This document shows, piece after piece, positions 28,461 to 37,420 of a stretch of 64,000 nt of DNA (the stretch's first letter is position 1; every line of letters begins with the position of its first letter). The stretch spans positions 518,357 to 582,356 of the forward strand of contig CAWFSO010000001.1 in assembly GCA_963818525.1 (NCBI GenBank), in the 5' to 3' direction. A model generated the notes under the pieces. It worked only from the letters and a program-made list of their open reading frames with translations. It ran no database searches and was not told the origin of the DNA. Made by a program: the position numbers and the translations under genes. This stretch comes from an uncultured Rikenellaceae bacterium (lineage in GTDB: Bacteria > Bacteroidota > Bacteroidia > Bacteroidales > VadinHA17).

Positions 28461-29552
28461 TTATTTTTGCACAATTCTTATCTCTCCCCGGGTAGCCTCG
28501 ATCCTGATACGTGAGTCATCAGGCGTTTTTCCGTACTTGCCGGAAGTAAGGTATATCTTGCTTTCAGCATTTACAGTTGTTCGTTCGGGCTCAGGTGTTA
28601 TGCCGGGCAATGAAACAAATGCATTTGTATGCCTGATCTCAAGATCATATGACGATTGCGCTTCAACGTAGAAATCAACATCTGTATATGAGGTGTTGAG
28701 ATCGACGAGACTGAATTTGGCAGAGAGGCTGTTAACTGAAAAGTTGCCGTACTTCATTGCCAGGCCGGCTTCCTTCTGGAGTTCAGAAACCTTTATGTCG
28801 CTGAAGAAGCTTGACCCCCTGATCACTCCCGCCTTCTCGATGGTTATATCATCACGCTTTGAATCAAGGTTCATCGTGCCGGCATATTCAATCCTGGCTT
28901 TGGAGGCTATTGCTGTCAGTGATATGTTGCCTGCGCTGTCACACTTCATCTCGCCATAATTGAGTGACAGCCGGCCCTCCCTGACACTTTTGATCTCAGC
29001 CTTGCAGAATGTTAGGTTCATCTGCTTTGCGTTGTCAATGACCCCTGCATGGAGAGAACCGTTTGAAAGTGTGATGGTCAGTTCAGGCGTACGGTCAGGG
29101 ATGTAGACATCTCCGTAGCTGTTTTCGATTCGCAGTCGTGCCTGCGGAGGACATTCTATGAAGTAGTTGATCTGCAGCTTTGTGTCATAGTGGATGAAGC
29201 TCCTGGTGAGTCCCTTGAAGCTCTCGAGGAATGTATTTACACTCCTTCCCACCTCAGACCTGGCAATGATCCGGTTCTCCGACTTGGTCAGGCTTATGTC
29301 AACACCTGACATCATGCCCTTCAGTTTGCTTTCATTATCGGAGGAGGCTTCCACCTCGACCCTGATGCTGACCGAATCACTCATTGAGTGGCTGATACTG
29401 ATGTTGCCATACTTGTTAGTCACCTCGATAATCACATCCCCATCAGCCATGAATGACTTTCTGAAAGTTTTGCTGTCAGTGACCTGCTGTGCGGCTGCCG
29501 CTATACTCCCCAGAAGGAGCGAGGCAGCGATGAAATATGCCTTACAATTCAT
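28461..29552 (-). CDS. DUF4097-family beta-strand-repeat protein (putative adhesin-like)
   Basis: 363 aa with a signal peptide and repeated short beta-strand units. It lies downstream of an ECF sigma/anti-sigma pair with an 11-nt overlap. Confidence 0.65.
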   Translation of the reverse strand: MNCKAYFIAASLLLGSIAAAAQQVTDSKTFRKSFMADGDVIIEVTNKYGNISISHSMSDSVSIRVEVEASSDNESKLKGMMSGVDISLTKSENRIIARSEVGRSVNTFLESFKGLTRSFIHYDTKLQINYFIECPPQARLRIENSYGDVYIPDRTPELTITLSNGSLHAGVIDNAKQMNLTFCKAEIKSVREGRLSLNYGEMKCDSAGNISLTAIASKARIEYAGTMNLDSKRDDITIEKAGVIRGSSFFSDIKVSELQKEAGLAMKYGNFSVNSLSAKFSLVDLNTSYTDVDFYVEAQSSYDLEIRHTNAFVSLPGITPEPERTTVNAESKIYLTSGKYGKTPDDSRIRIEATRGEIRIVQK

Positions 29553-30066
29553 AGGTCTCTCTGTTATTGTTCGATTCTTCCGCTTTCTTCATGATGGAAA
29601 GCATATCCTCAAGAAGTTCTATGCGCAACCTGTAGTTGTGTATCAGGGCCTCGATAACTTCCCTGTTTGCGACCCTGTCACGGAGATCCTCACGTATCTG
29701 CCTTGAAAGGCTGTCGAGTTCATTCATGCCGGTATTCAGTTCACTTTTCACCTCGGGGTTAGCGGTGAGCAGGGGCTCAGCTTCCTCATAGAGAGAGCTG
29801 ATGAGGTTGTTATAATACATGTCTGTCTCCCTGACCAGCTTCATCTCCGGGTTGGCTCTCAGCCCGGAAGAGTCCAGGGATCTGAATATGAGAGTCAGTC
29901 CTGCACCAACCACAATGATCACCGCCGCAGCCTTCCAGAGGAATGCTTTCAGGCGCCTCTCCCTTCCCGGGAGATCCTTTTCTATTCTGTTCCACAGGCC
30001 GGGTTTTGGGTCATGGATATCCATCTCCTCCCTGTGATTTCTTATATGTCTTTCAAGCTCATCCAT
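29542..30066 (-). CDS. Putative anti-sigma factor (single-pass membrane protein)
   Basis: 174 aa with one TM segment (AAAVIIVVGAGLTLIF). It overlaps the sigma gene by 8 nt. Confidence 0.5.
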   Translation of the reverse strand: MDELERHIRNHREEMDIHDPKPGLWNRIEKDLPGRERRLKAFLWKAAAVIIVVGAGLTLIFRSLDSSGLRANPEMKLVRETDMYYNNLISSLYEEAEPLLTANPEVKSELNTGMNELDSLSRQIREDLRDRVANREVIEALIHNYRLRIELLEDMLSIMKKAEESNNNRETYEL

Positions 30067-30613
30067 CGGTGCGCATTGATATTAGTATTTTTTTCAGTTT
30101 CTCCTTTGCCCTCAGATACTGTGTTTTGGAGGTCGACTCCGAGATTCCCAGTATCTGTGAAATCTCTGTATGGTCATATCCTTCCAGGAGGTAGAGGCTG
30201 AACACCACCCGGTATCCGTCAGGTAGTCTCTCCACCGCCCTGGCAATCACCGCAGGGTCTGGCCAGGTCACCTCCCGGGGCTCTTCCTCCTGCATCTCAT
30301 GACGGCTGTAGTCGTCAATGTAAACCAGTTCGGCCTCCCTCTTGCGAAGCCGGCTGATGCACCGGTTGATCACTATCGATTTAAGCCACGCTCCGAAGGT
30401 GGAATCCGTCCGGTATGAGCCGATATTCCTGAAACAGTCTGAGAAGGCTTCCTGAAGCATGTCTTCAGCCTCCTCCCTGTTGCCTGTTATGCGGTATGCC
30501 GTGTTAAACATCGCTTTCGAATAGAGCTCATACAGCCTGAACTGGGCTCTCCGGCTTCCATTGCGGCACTCATTAATGAGATTATCATGTATGTGCAAAT
30601 CCGGTGTCGACAA
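30059..30613 (-). CDS. ECF-type RNA polymerase sigma-70 factor
   Basis: 184 aa with region 2 (EEAEDMLQEAFSDCFRN) and region 4 (YDHTEISQILGISESTSKTQYLRAKEKL). Confidence 0.9.
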   Translation of the reverse strand: MSTPDLHIHDNLINECRNGSRRAQFRLYELYSKAMFNTAYRITGNREEAEDMLQEAFSDCFRNIGSYRTDSTFGAWLKSIVINRCISRLRKREAELVYIDDYSRHEMQEEEPREVTWPDPAVIARAVERLPDGYRVVFSLYLLEGYDHTEISQILGISESTSKTQYLRAKEKLKKILISMRTDG

Positions 30614-30643
30614 TTTTCAGGTTGTTATGTACAAATGACGCAA

Positions 30644-30651
30644 CAAATTTA
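30644..30651 (-). promoter_or_regulatory. Bacteroidota -7 promoter box (TAAATTTG on minus strand)
   Basis: Plus-strand CAAATTTA, 31 nt upstream of the sigma-factor ATG at 30613. Confidence 0.35.
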
Positions 30652-30837
30652 CTCAAGTTGCACGGACCTCGTGTTTCTGAAAAGATTCAGGTTTCAGCTG
30701 AAAAGTTTTATTTGTGATTTTTTATTTTTATATTTACGTGAAGTTAGTGACGGAGCAGGTTTCAATACATGCAATGTCATGAAGCTTTAAAATGCTTTTT
30801 ACTGTCCAAAAGCAATTTTTCCATTCTTTTCATGGCT

Positions 30838-30866
30838 GCCCCGACCTTTCAGTCGGGGCTTTTTTT
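30838..30866 (+). terminator. Strong canonical intrinsic terminator with no annotated upstream gene on this strand
   Basis: GCCCCGAC (30838-30845) pairs with GTCGGGGC (30852-30859) across loop CTTTCA, followed by TTTTTTT. Confidence 0.8.
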
Positions 30867-30976
30867 GTGCCGGTGACAGCTGAATTCATTTAACCTTTTT
30901 TATATTTTCCCCCGGCCCAACATGATGACATTCAGTTTGTGATATGCTTATCTTAGCGCAGTCAACAAAACTGAAT

Positions 30977-32182
30977 ATGATACGAATAAAATATTTTTTG
31001 ATCATCCTTTTCTTCGTCGCTGCAGCCTGCGCATCAAGCGATGACAAGATCAGCCGCAAGGCTGACAAGCTGCACAGTACAATGCTCTCTGTCGATACCC
31101 ACTGTGACACTCCCATGCGCATATACAGAGGCGGGTTTGATCTGGGAGTCCGCAATGAAAAGGGTTGTGTTGACTTCCCCAGGATGAAGGAGGGTGGACT
31201 TGATGCGGAGTTCTTCGCCATCTTTCTTGGCCAGGGGCCAAGAAACCCGGAGGCCTTTGAGAAAGCACACCGTCAAACTCTTGCCACGTTTGATTCCATC
31301 AGGTCAAACGTCAGCCGAAACTCAGGCATGGCAGGAGTGGCCCTTACCCCTGACGATGCATACAGGCTTAAGTCGGAAGGCAAGGTCTCCGTCTTCATTG
31401 GCATTGAGAACGGTTATCCGGTGGGAACGGATATCTCGAAGGTAAAACAGTATTATGACCTTGGCGCACGCTACATCACGCTTTGCCATTCATTCAACAA
31501 CGACATTTGCGATTCGTCCACCGATAAGGCCGGGCCTGAGCATAACGGTCTCTCAGCCTTTGGCGAAGAGGTGGTCAGAGAGATGAACAGGGTGGGGATG
31601 ATTGTTGACGTCTCACATATTTCCGACGAATCTTTCTATGATGTGCTGAGTGTCTCCAAAGCCCCGGTGATAGCCTCTCATTCATCATGCAGGGCCCTCT
31701 GCGAGAGTCCGCGCAACCTGAATGACGAGATGTTGCAGGCCCTGAAGAAAAATGGCGGAGTGATACAGATATGTATTCTCAGCGATTATCTCAAGCAGCC
31801 CGAGCCCAATCCTGAATATGATGCCAAAGTCAGGGAAATGCGCGAGAAGTGGAAAGCCCTGGGGCGTGAACTGACCGATGCCGAGCAGGAGCAGCGCTGG
31901 AACGAAATATCAGCACTGAAGAAACAGTATGTAAAGCTGGCCACTGTGGCTGATGCTGTCAACCATATACAGCATGTGGTTGATATAATCGGTATCGACT
32001 ATGTGGGTATCGGATCAGACTTCGACGGCGGTGGAGGAATAGAAGGCTGCACTGATGTCTCGATGATGAAGAATATCACCATGGAGCTTCTGAGACGTGG
32101 CTACAGCCGTGAGGAGATAACCAAAATCTGGGGCGGCAACTTCATGCGCGTCATGCGCGAGGCACAGGCACTGGCGATATAG
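30977..32182 (+). CDS. Membrane dipeptidase (peptidase family M19), lipoprotein-type signal
   Basis: VDTHCDTP, VDVSHISDESF, ASHSSCRAL and GIGSDFDGG motifs. The start at 30977 (MIRIKYFLIILFFVAAAC) is preferred over 30944. Confidence 0.88.
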   Translation: MIRIKYFLIILFFVAAACASSDDKISRKADKLHSTMLSVDTHCDTPMRIYRGGFDLGVRNEKGCVDFPRMKEGGLDAEFFAIFLGQGPRNPEAFEKAHRQTLATFDSIRSNVSRNSGMAGVALTPDDAYRLKSEGKVSVFIGIENGYPVGTDISKVKQYYDLGARYITLCHSFNNDICDSSTDKAGPEHNGLSAFGEEVVREMNRVGMIVDVSHISDESFYDVLSVSKAPVIASHSSCRALCESPRNLNDEMLQALKKNGGVIQICILSDYLKQPEPNPEYDAKVREMREKWKALGRELTDAEQEQRWNEISALKKQYVKLATVADAVNHIQHVVDIIGIDYVGIGSDFDGGGGIEGCTDVSMMKNITMELLRRGYSREEITKIWGGNFMRVMREAQALAI

Positions 32183-32320
32183 CAGTCTTCAGTCTTCAGC
32201 CCTCAGGCTTCAGTTTGAGACTCGGACGCAGGAGGAGACTCAATCCCGACCACGAAGTGCGTCGGGACCTCATTCAATCAACAGGTTACGACTGCTGACT
32301 GCCGACTGCCGACTGCCGAC
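32183..32320. repeat. Composite spacer: heptamer array, hairpin core, then inverted heptamer array
   Basis: CAGTCTT-type heptamers x5 (32183-32217). Core TTTGAG...ATCCCGACCACGAAGTGCGTCGGGAC with stem CCCGAC/GTCGGG (32245-32266). GACTGCC-type heptamers x4.4 (32290-32320), abutting the stop of the minus-strand gene. Confidence 0.85.
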
Positions 32321-33411
32321 TATTTTGCCCCTGCCTTTACCCTCGAAAACCTCAGCGACTTTATCATCCATGAGGGAAGCGGTTTGTTCGGGTCCCGCTT
32401 GCGCAGGTCGAGATACCATCCCAGTTTCTTGATTATGGGTACCTTATGGGTCTCAACAAACTCAATCAGAGTACCGTCAGGATCTTCTATATAGGCGAAG
32501 TGGCCTGCAGCCTCACCCATGTCGAAGCTGTGGCCTTCATGACTCTGCTGGCTGTCGACGGTGAACGGGAACCCTGCCTCCCTGCAATACTTGCGCAGGT
32601 TATCCATGCCACTGATGTCATAGCAGAGATGAATGAAGCCCGGGTCACCCCACAGTCTCCCCTCAAAAATCCTTGTGACAGCCTGCTCTTTTGCCTGTAT
32701 GAGCTCGATCACGCTCTGGCCGTAGATCGGGTTGAACCCGCCGTGGAAGGGCCTCGTGGGGGCGAGCAGTATCCGCCTGAAGAGTCCACCGCCACCCGGC
32801 AGGGGAGCAAGATCGTCAAAGGTGCCGGTGACATCATAGACAACCCGGTCGTAACCAAGGATATCCGAATAGAGCCTCATGGCCTGCTCAATGTCAGTAA
32901 CGCATATTATTGCACCGTATGATCCGCCTGATATCTTCCTGAGGTTCATGAACCAGTCGGTTGCTTCCACTATGTGAAAGATATTACCGAACGGGTCCCT
33001 GACAAAGAAGCTCTTTTTCCCGGATGGGTCCGCTGCCGGTCTGCCCAGTACTTCAACACCGGTATCAGTCCAGTACTGCCAGGCGCTTTCAACATCTTTT
33101 ACCTTCATCTTACAGGCGAAGATGCCCAGGTCGCCGATGTTTGTCTCACGGTTCCGGTATTCAGGCTCTTTCCCCTTGTGCTGCCAGACCTCAAAGCCCC
33201 CTCCGCTCTGCAGGTTCATCGCCAGCACGGCATGCCTGCTGCGTGTCTCACCTGCGGTATAGGGGAGCATAAGCCTTGCCTCAGCTTCATCCTCAAAAAT
33301 ACGGCAGTCCATCCCGAAAGCCCTGATATACCAGTCCCAGGCTTCGCTGAGATCATGCACCCCGACCCCCATCTGCTGGATTCCGCTAATAATGTATCCC
33401 TTGAACTTCAT
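32320..33411 (-). CDS. VOC (glyoxalase/bleomycin-resistance/dioxygenase) family protein, multi-domain
   Basis: 363 aa with repeated VOC-fold-like modules (GVGVHDLSEAWDWY, FVRDPFGNIF, YIEDPDGTLIEF). Confidence 0.75.
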   Translation of the reverse strand: MKFKGYIISGIQQMGVGVHDLSEAWDWYIRAFGMDCRIFEDEAEARLMLPYTAGETRSRHAVLAMNLQSGGGFEVWQHKGKEPEYRNRETNIGDLGIFACKMKVKDVESAWQYWTDTGVEVLGRPAADPSGKKSFFVRDPFGNIFHIVEATDWFMNLRKISGGSYGAIICVTDIEQAMRLYSDILGYDRVVYDVTGTFDDLAPLPGGGGLFRRILLAPTRPFHGGFNPIYGQSVIELIQAKEQAVTRIFEGRLWGDPGFIHLCYDISGMDNLRKYCREAGFPFTVDSQQSHEGHSFDMGEAAGHFAYIEDPDGTLIEFVETHKVPIIKKLGWYLDLRKRDPNKPLPSWMIKSLRFSRVKAGAK

Positions 33412-33418
33412 CTCTCAC

Positions 33419-34219
33419 TTACATTGGTTCGATCTTCCCTGCTATCCTGAAGAAGAGTGCAGGCATGTATTTTCTGATTTTAAGCATCAGCAGTTCACTA
33501 CTGCCAACCAGTATCTCCCTTCTGTTCCTTCTCAGTCCCCTTATGATCTGTTCTGCAGCCTTCGCGGGCGTCACTCCGCCAGCCTGTCCCCCGTCCATCT
33601 TCCCATGCTCATCGCCTGTTGCTGTCAGGGCATGGAGTGAGATCATGGTCTGGACTCTCCCCGGGATAATCACTGACACCCTGATCTTGTCTTTGCCGTG
33701 CTCCAGCAAGAGGGTCTCAAAGAAACCGTGCAGGGCCTGTTTTGATGCTGAGTATGCCGAACGGAGCGGAAAACCAAACCGTCCTGATATCGAGCTTGTG
33801 GCTGCAATGTGACCGCCGCCACCGGCGATCATGTGCGGCAACACCGCCTTGGTGAGAGCGATAGTGCCGAAGTAGTTGATCTCCATGATCTTCCGGTCGA
33901 GCCACAGGGGTGTCTCCTTTATCAGCGCTCTCTGGCTAATGCCGCCAATGTTAAGCAGCATGTCAACCCGTCCTTCCCGCTTAACCACTGACGTGACGAG
34001 TTCATCTATGCCTGCAGTCTCGCTCAGGTCAAAGGTGACGGTGGTGACGCTGCCTTTCATTCCGGCACATGATTCTGCCACCCTTGCCAGTCCGGGACCG
34101 TCATTTGACGATGCTATCACCCTGCTTCCTCCCTCTGCAAAAGCCTTAACCAGCGCTTCGCCAATTCCTGATGAGGCTCCGGTTATCCAGACTACCTTTC
34201 CCGTGAAGATATCCCTCAT
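33419..34219 (-). CDS. SDR-family oxidoreductase
   Basis: 266 aa with TGASSGIGEA Rossmann motif and YSASK catalytic motif. Confidence 0.9.
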   Translation of the reverse strand: MRDIFTGKVVWITGASSGIGEALVKAFAEGGSRVIASSNDGPGLARVAESCAGMKGSVTTVTFDLSETAGIDELVTSVVKREGRVDMLLNIGGISQRALIKETPLWLDRKIMEINYFGTIALTKAVLPHMIAGGGGHIAATSSISGRFGFPLRSAYSASKQALHGFFETLLLEHGKDKIRVSVIIPGRVQTMISLHALTATGDEHGKMDGGQAGGVTPAKAAEQIIRGLRRNRREILVGSSELLMLKIRKYMPALFFRIAGKIEPM

Positions 34220-34221
34220 GG

Positions 34222-35550
34222 TCAGAGTGCCGTTACGCGTTTGATGAGCCGGTTGTAGTTATCACGCAGTCTTGTGAAGTCCGGGTTTTTGACCCGGTTC
34301 AGGTTCCATATCCTGAAACCTCCGACAGTCCTGCGCAGGAGAAGAAACCAGTTCCATGCAATGATACCGGCCACAGGTACCATAAGGAATGCAAATATGG
34401 CAAGCCACCATGGCTTGATGAATATGAGTGCAAGGATCAGGTAAAGAGGTCCCAGGATAAGGCCGAACCCAAGGAAGAACCCATACCTGGCCGTGCTGAT
34501 GAAGGCAGGGTCTTTTGATTTCATCGACTGCAGATAGGAGATGCGGTAGGAGAGTATGTTCAGACCGGCACCCAGAAGGAACACAGGCAGGGTGAGAACC
34601 AGGAACACCGATGAGAGCATCAGCCAGCCTATGGGATGCCTCTTTTTCCTCAGGTGCCTGTAGGTTAGCCGCAGCTTCGTGGCCAGATCCCTTACGGCAA
34701 GAGTGTCCCCGCAGATGTCACCGTATCTCTCCGGGTCTGATACATGAAGTTCATTCATCTTGCTTACCAGCCTCTGGTCACGGAAGAGCTTCGGATACCT
34801 GATACTGTCACTGTATTTCTCATTGACGATGCTCCGCAGCTCATTTATGGCCTCATAATCCTGTTCCTCATCGATGTGTACCATGACCTTCTTCATATCC
34901 GCCGAGAGTCTGTCACGCAGTTCCAGTATGGCCCTGTTGGGATTCTCCCTGTATGAGTCATAGTACTCAGAAACATTTATGGGCCGGCCGTAGACCACAG
35001 TGAGCACCTGCCTGAATCTCCAGTAGTGCGAGTATTCCAGTCCAACCGGTACAATGTTTATCTCTTTGCGGAAATCGGATGCCTCGGCTGTCTGGAAGGC
35101 AATCCGGCAGATACCCTTCTTGAGTTGCCTCAGTTTCCTGTAGCTGGCATGGTTGCCTTCCGGAAGTATCACGACTCCGTTGCGGTGCTCCATGACCCTG
35201 AGCGTGTCACGGAAGGTGTCATCGTTCTGTTTCAGGTTCTCAAAGCCGTCCCTGATCCGGTACACCGGCAACATCTTGAGCGTATAGAGAATACGCGCTA
35301 CGAATTTGTTTTTGAAGATGTCTGCCCTTGCAAGGAATATCAGCTGTCTCTCCAGGGTGCCGATGACAGCCATGGCATCCATGAGCGCATTCTGGTGATT
35401 GGGCGCAAATATGGTAGGAACCGAAAAGTCTATATTGTTCTTCCCGTAGGCCAGAACCTTACGGTAATAGATGTAATTGTGCCAGAAATCAACATATTTC
35501 TTCAGAAGCTGATAAAAAAGATCATACTTCTCGATATTGTTCTTACCCAT
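34222..35550 (-). CDS. Lysophospholipid (1-acyl-sn-glycerol-3-phosphate) acyltransferase family protein with C-terminal TM region
   Basis: 442 aa with HX4D motif (NHQNALMDA), a PEGNH block and hydrophobic C-terminal helices. Confidence 0.78.
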   Translation of the reverse strand: MGKNNIEKYDLFYQLLKKYVDFWHNYIYYRKVLAYGKNNIDFSVPTIFAPNHQNALMDAMAVIGTLERQLIFLARADIFKNKFVARILYTLKMLPVYRIRDGFENLKQNDDTFRDTLRVMEHRNGVVILPEGNHASYRKLRQLKKGICRIAFQTAEASDFRKEINIVPVGLEYSHYWRFRQVLTVVYGRPINVSEYYDSYRENPNRAILELRDRLSADMKKVMVHIDEEQDYEAINELRSIVNEKYSDSIRYPKLFRDQRLVSKMNELHVSDPERYGDICGDTLAVRDLATKLRLTYRHLRKKRHPIGWLMLSSVFLVLTLPVFLLGAGLNILSYRISYLQSMKSKDPAFISTARYGFFLGFGLILGPLYLILALIFIKPWWLAIFAFLMVPVAGIIAWNWFLLLRRTVGGFRIWNLNRVKNPDFTRLRDNYNRLIKRVTAL

Positions 35551-35718
35551 TCCGCAACCAGCTTTACCTTCTGAAACCTTATATATGAAAGCAACAGGGC
35601 TTTCCGCATGACTAAGTTAGAAAAAGTTCCACCCTCAAAATCAAAATTGCCGATTCTTAGCGGCGGATGACCGATTTTTAGGTATTTATACCACCGTCTT
35701 AATTGAAATTCAGGCGAA

Positions 35719-36099
35719 TTACCCGGTAAAATCTTCCAGGTCTCTTCTCTCCCTCTTGGTAGGGCGGCCTGTTCCCCGGGGCCTGTATCCGGATACCGTC
35801 CTGGCGGCTATGATCTTGTCCTTCTCCTCTTCCGGGGTCATGTCGCTTATGTAATCGGGCACCAGTTTTGCGCCTACCCTGCTTTTGGGCAGACCTGTTA
35901 CCAGGTAGGTGTAAGTCACCGGTGGTTTTCTGACGAGGATTGTCATTCCCGGGGTGACCAAATGTGCCGCCTTGACCGGCTGTCCTCCCACGGTGACTCT
36001 TCCCCTGCGGCATTCCTCGGTGGCGGCACTGCGTGATTTGAAGATCCTGACTGACCAGAGGAACTTATCTATCCTTTCTCCCTGCTGAGTCGTCATCAC
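35719..36099 (-). CDS. hslR: RNA-binding S4-domain protein (Hsp15-like)
   Basis: 126 aa with ERIDKFLWSVRIFKSRSAA S4 motif. It overlaps the pth 3' end. Confidence 0.8.
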   Translation of the reverse strand: MMTTQQGERIDKFLWSVRIFKSRSAATEECRRGRVTVGGQPVKAAHLVTPGMTILVRKPPVTYTYLVTGLPKSRVGAKLVPDYISDMTPEEEKDKIIAARTVSGYRPRGTGRPTKRERRDLEDFTG

Positions 36100-36673
36100 T
36101 GAGTTTTTTCCCGGCTTTGTTGTATGCCGTCATAGTAAGCTCGCATCCGGCAGTCACGAATGACATTATAATCTCCACTGCCAGGGGAAGCCTTGGTGTG
36201 AGCAGGCCGAGCTCATCCGCCGTCCACTCGCCAAGTACATAATTTACCTGACCTCCCCGCGGGTAGTTGTTTCCGATCCCGATGCGAAGACGGGCGTACT
36301 CATCAGTTCCCAGCGCCTCGCTGATGCTCAGGAGGCCGTTGTGCCCGCCGGGTCCTCCCTTTGACCTCAGCCTGATGCTTGCGGTGGGGATTGCCAGATC
36401 GTCGGTTATCACCAGGAGGTTTTCAGGGAGTATATTCTCCTTCTGCAGCCAGTAGCGTACGGCATTGCCGCTCCTGTTCATAAGTGTGGAAGGCTTGAGA
36501 AGGATCAGCCGGGCGTTCTTGTGGCGCATCTCTGCCACGAAACCGTAACGGCGGTCCGTAAAAGAGATACCGGACGCTGCAGCAGCAGCATCCAGTACCA
36601 TGAACCCGACATTATGCCGTGTGTTTTTATACTCCTCGCCTATGTTGCCCAGACCGGCGATAAGGTATTTCAT
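36065..36673 (-). CDS. pth: Peptidyl-tRNA hydrolase
   Basis: 202 aa starting MKYLIAGLGNIGEEYKNTRHNVGF, with GHNG. Confidence 0.95.
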   Translation of the reverse strand: MKYLIAGLGNIGEEYKNTRHNVGFMVLDAAAAASGISFTDRRYGFVAEMRHKNARLILLKPSTLMNRSGNAVRYWLQKENILPENLLVITDDLAIPTASIRLRSKGGPGGHNGLLSISEALGTDEYARLRIGIGNNYPRGGQVNYVLGEWTADELGLLTPRLPLAVEIIMSFVTAGCELTMTAYNKAGKKLSDDDSAGRKDR

Positions 36674-36698
36674 TTTTTTCCTGTGGACAGCTTATTCC

Positions 36699-37316
36699 TT
36701 ACTCTTCAGCAGGAGCTTCAGCTTCAGGAGCGCCAGCGGCAGGTGCAGCAGCGGCTTCCTCATCCTTGATGGAGACCCTCGATACATCGACCGATACGAT
36801 CATTGCACGCTTGTTGTCAATGACCTCAAGCTTGTCGTAGGAGAGATCGCCGATTTTTATCGACTGCCCGATCTCAATGTTTGTGATATCAATTTCAAGA
36901 TGCTCGGGAAGATCTTTAACCAGACCCTTGACCTTCAGGGTTCTGCGTTTGACCCTGAGTTTTCCGCCGGCTTTCACACCGGATGATTCTCCCGTGATCT
37001 TCAGCGGGATGTCAAGTATAACTGGCTTGTCGTCAGATACCTGCATAAAATCAATATGCTGGAGCTGATCAGACACCGGATGGAACTGAAGGTCCTTCAT
37101 GACGGCTTTGTAGTTCTTTCCGTCAACTATGAGGTTAACAAGAAATACTTCAGGGGTGTAAACCAGTCCGCGAAAAACGTTTTGATGTGCATAAAAATGC
37201 AGATTTTCCTTCTCCCTGTACATGACACAAGGCACATTGTCCTCTGCCCGCAGGCTGTTGGAACTCTTTTTACCGAACTGATCGCGTGAGACGGCTTTGA
37301 TCTCAATAGTCTTCAT
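36699..37316 (-). CDS. rplY: 50S ribosomal protein L25/general stress protein Ctc
   Basis: 205 aa with L25/Ctc N- and C-domains and an Ala/Glu-rich tail. Confidence 0.92.
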   Translation of the reverse strand: MKTIEIKAVSRDQFGKKSSNSLRAEDNVPCVMYREKENLHFYAHQNVFRGLVYTPEVFLVNLIVDGKNYKAVMKDLQFHPVSDQLQHIDFMQVSDDKPVILDIPLKITGESSGVKAGGKLRVKRRTLKVKGLVKDLPEHLEIDITNIEIGQSIKIGDLSYDKLEVIDNKRAMIVSVDVSRVSIKDEEAAAAPAAGAPEAEAPAEE

Positions 37317-37402
37317 TAGTCTTTAATTTGTTGTGTTACTCAAGGTTACTTGCCCGGTAACCTCCCATCACACGTTTGACGTTTTCAAAAAAAATTGGCC
37401 TG

Positions 37403-37410
37403 CAAATGTA
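37403..37410 (-). promoter_or_regulatory. Bacteroidota -7 promoter box (TACATTTG on minus strand)
   Basis: Plus-strand CAAATGTA, about 87 nt upstream of the rplY ATG. A GGTTAC/GTAACC hairpin lies in the putative leader. Confidence 0.4.
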
Positions 37411-37420
37411 GCGAAAAAAG

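Noticed and set aside
30587-30790. 67-aa plus-strand ORF in the sigma-factor/dipeptidase spacer.
   Set aside because: It starts inside the sigma-factor coding region on the opposite strand. It is Phe/Cys/Leu-rich with no signal or motif, and it ends before the terminator. The region is better treated as non-coding (candidate sRNA).
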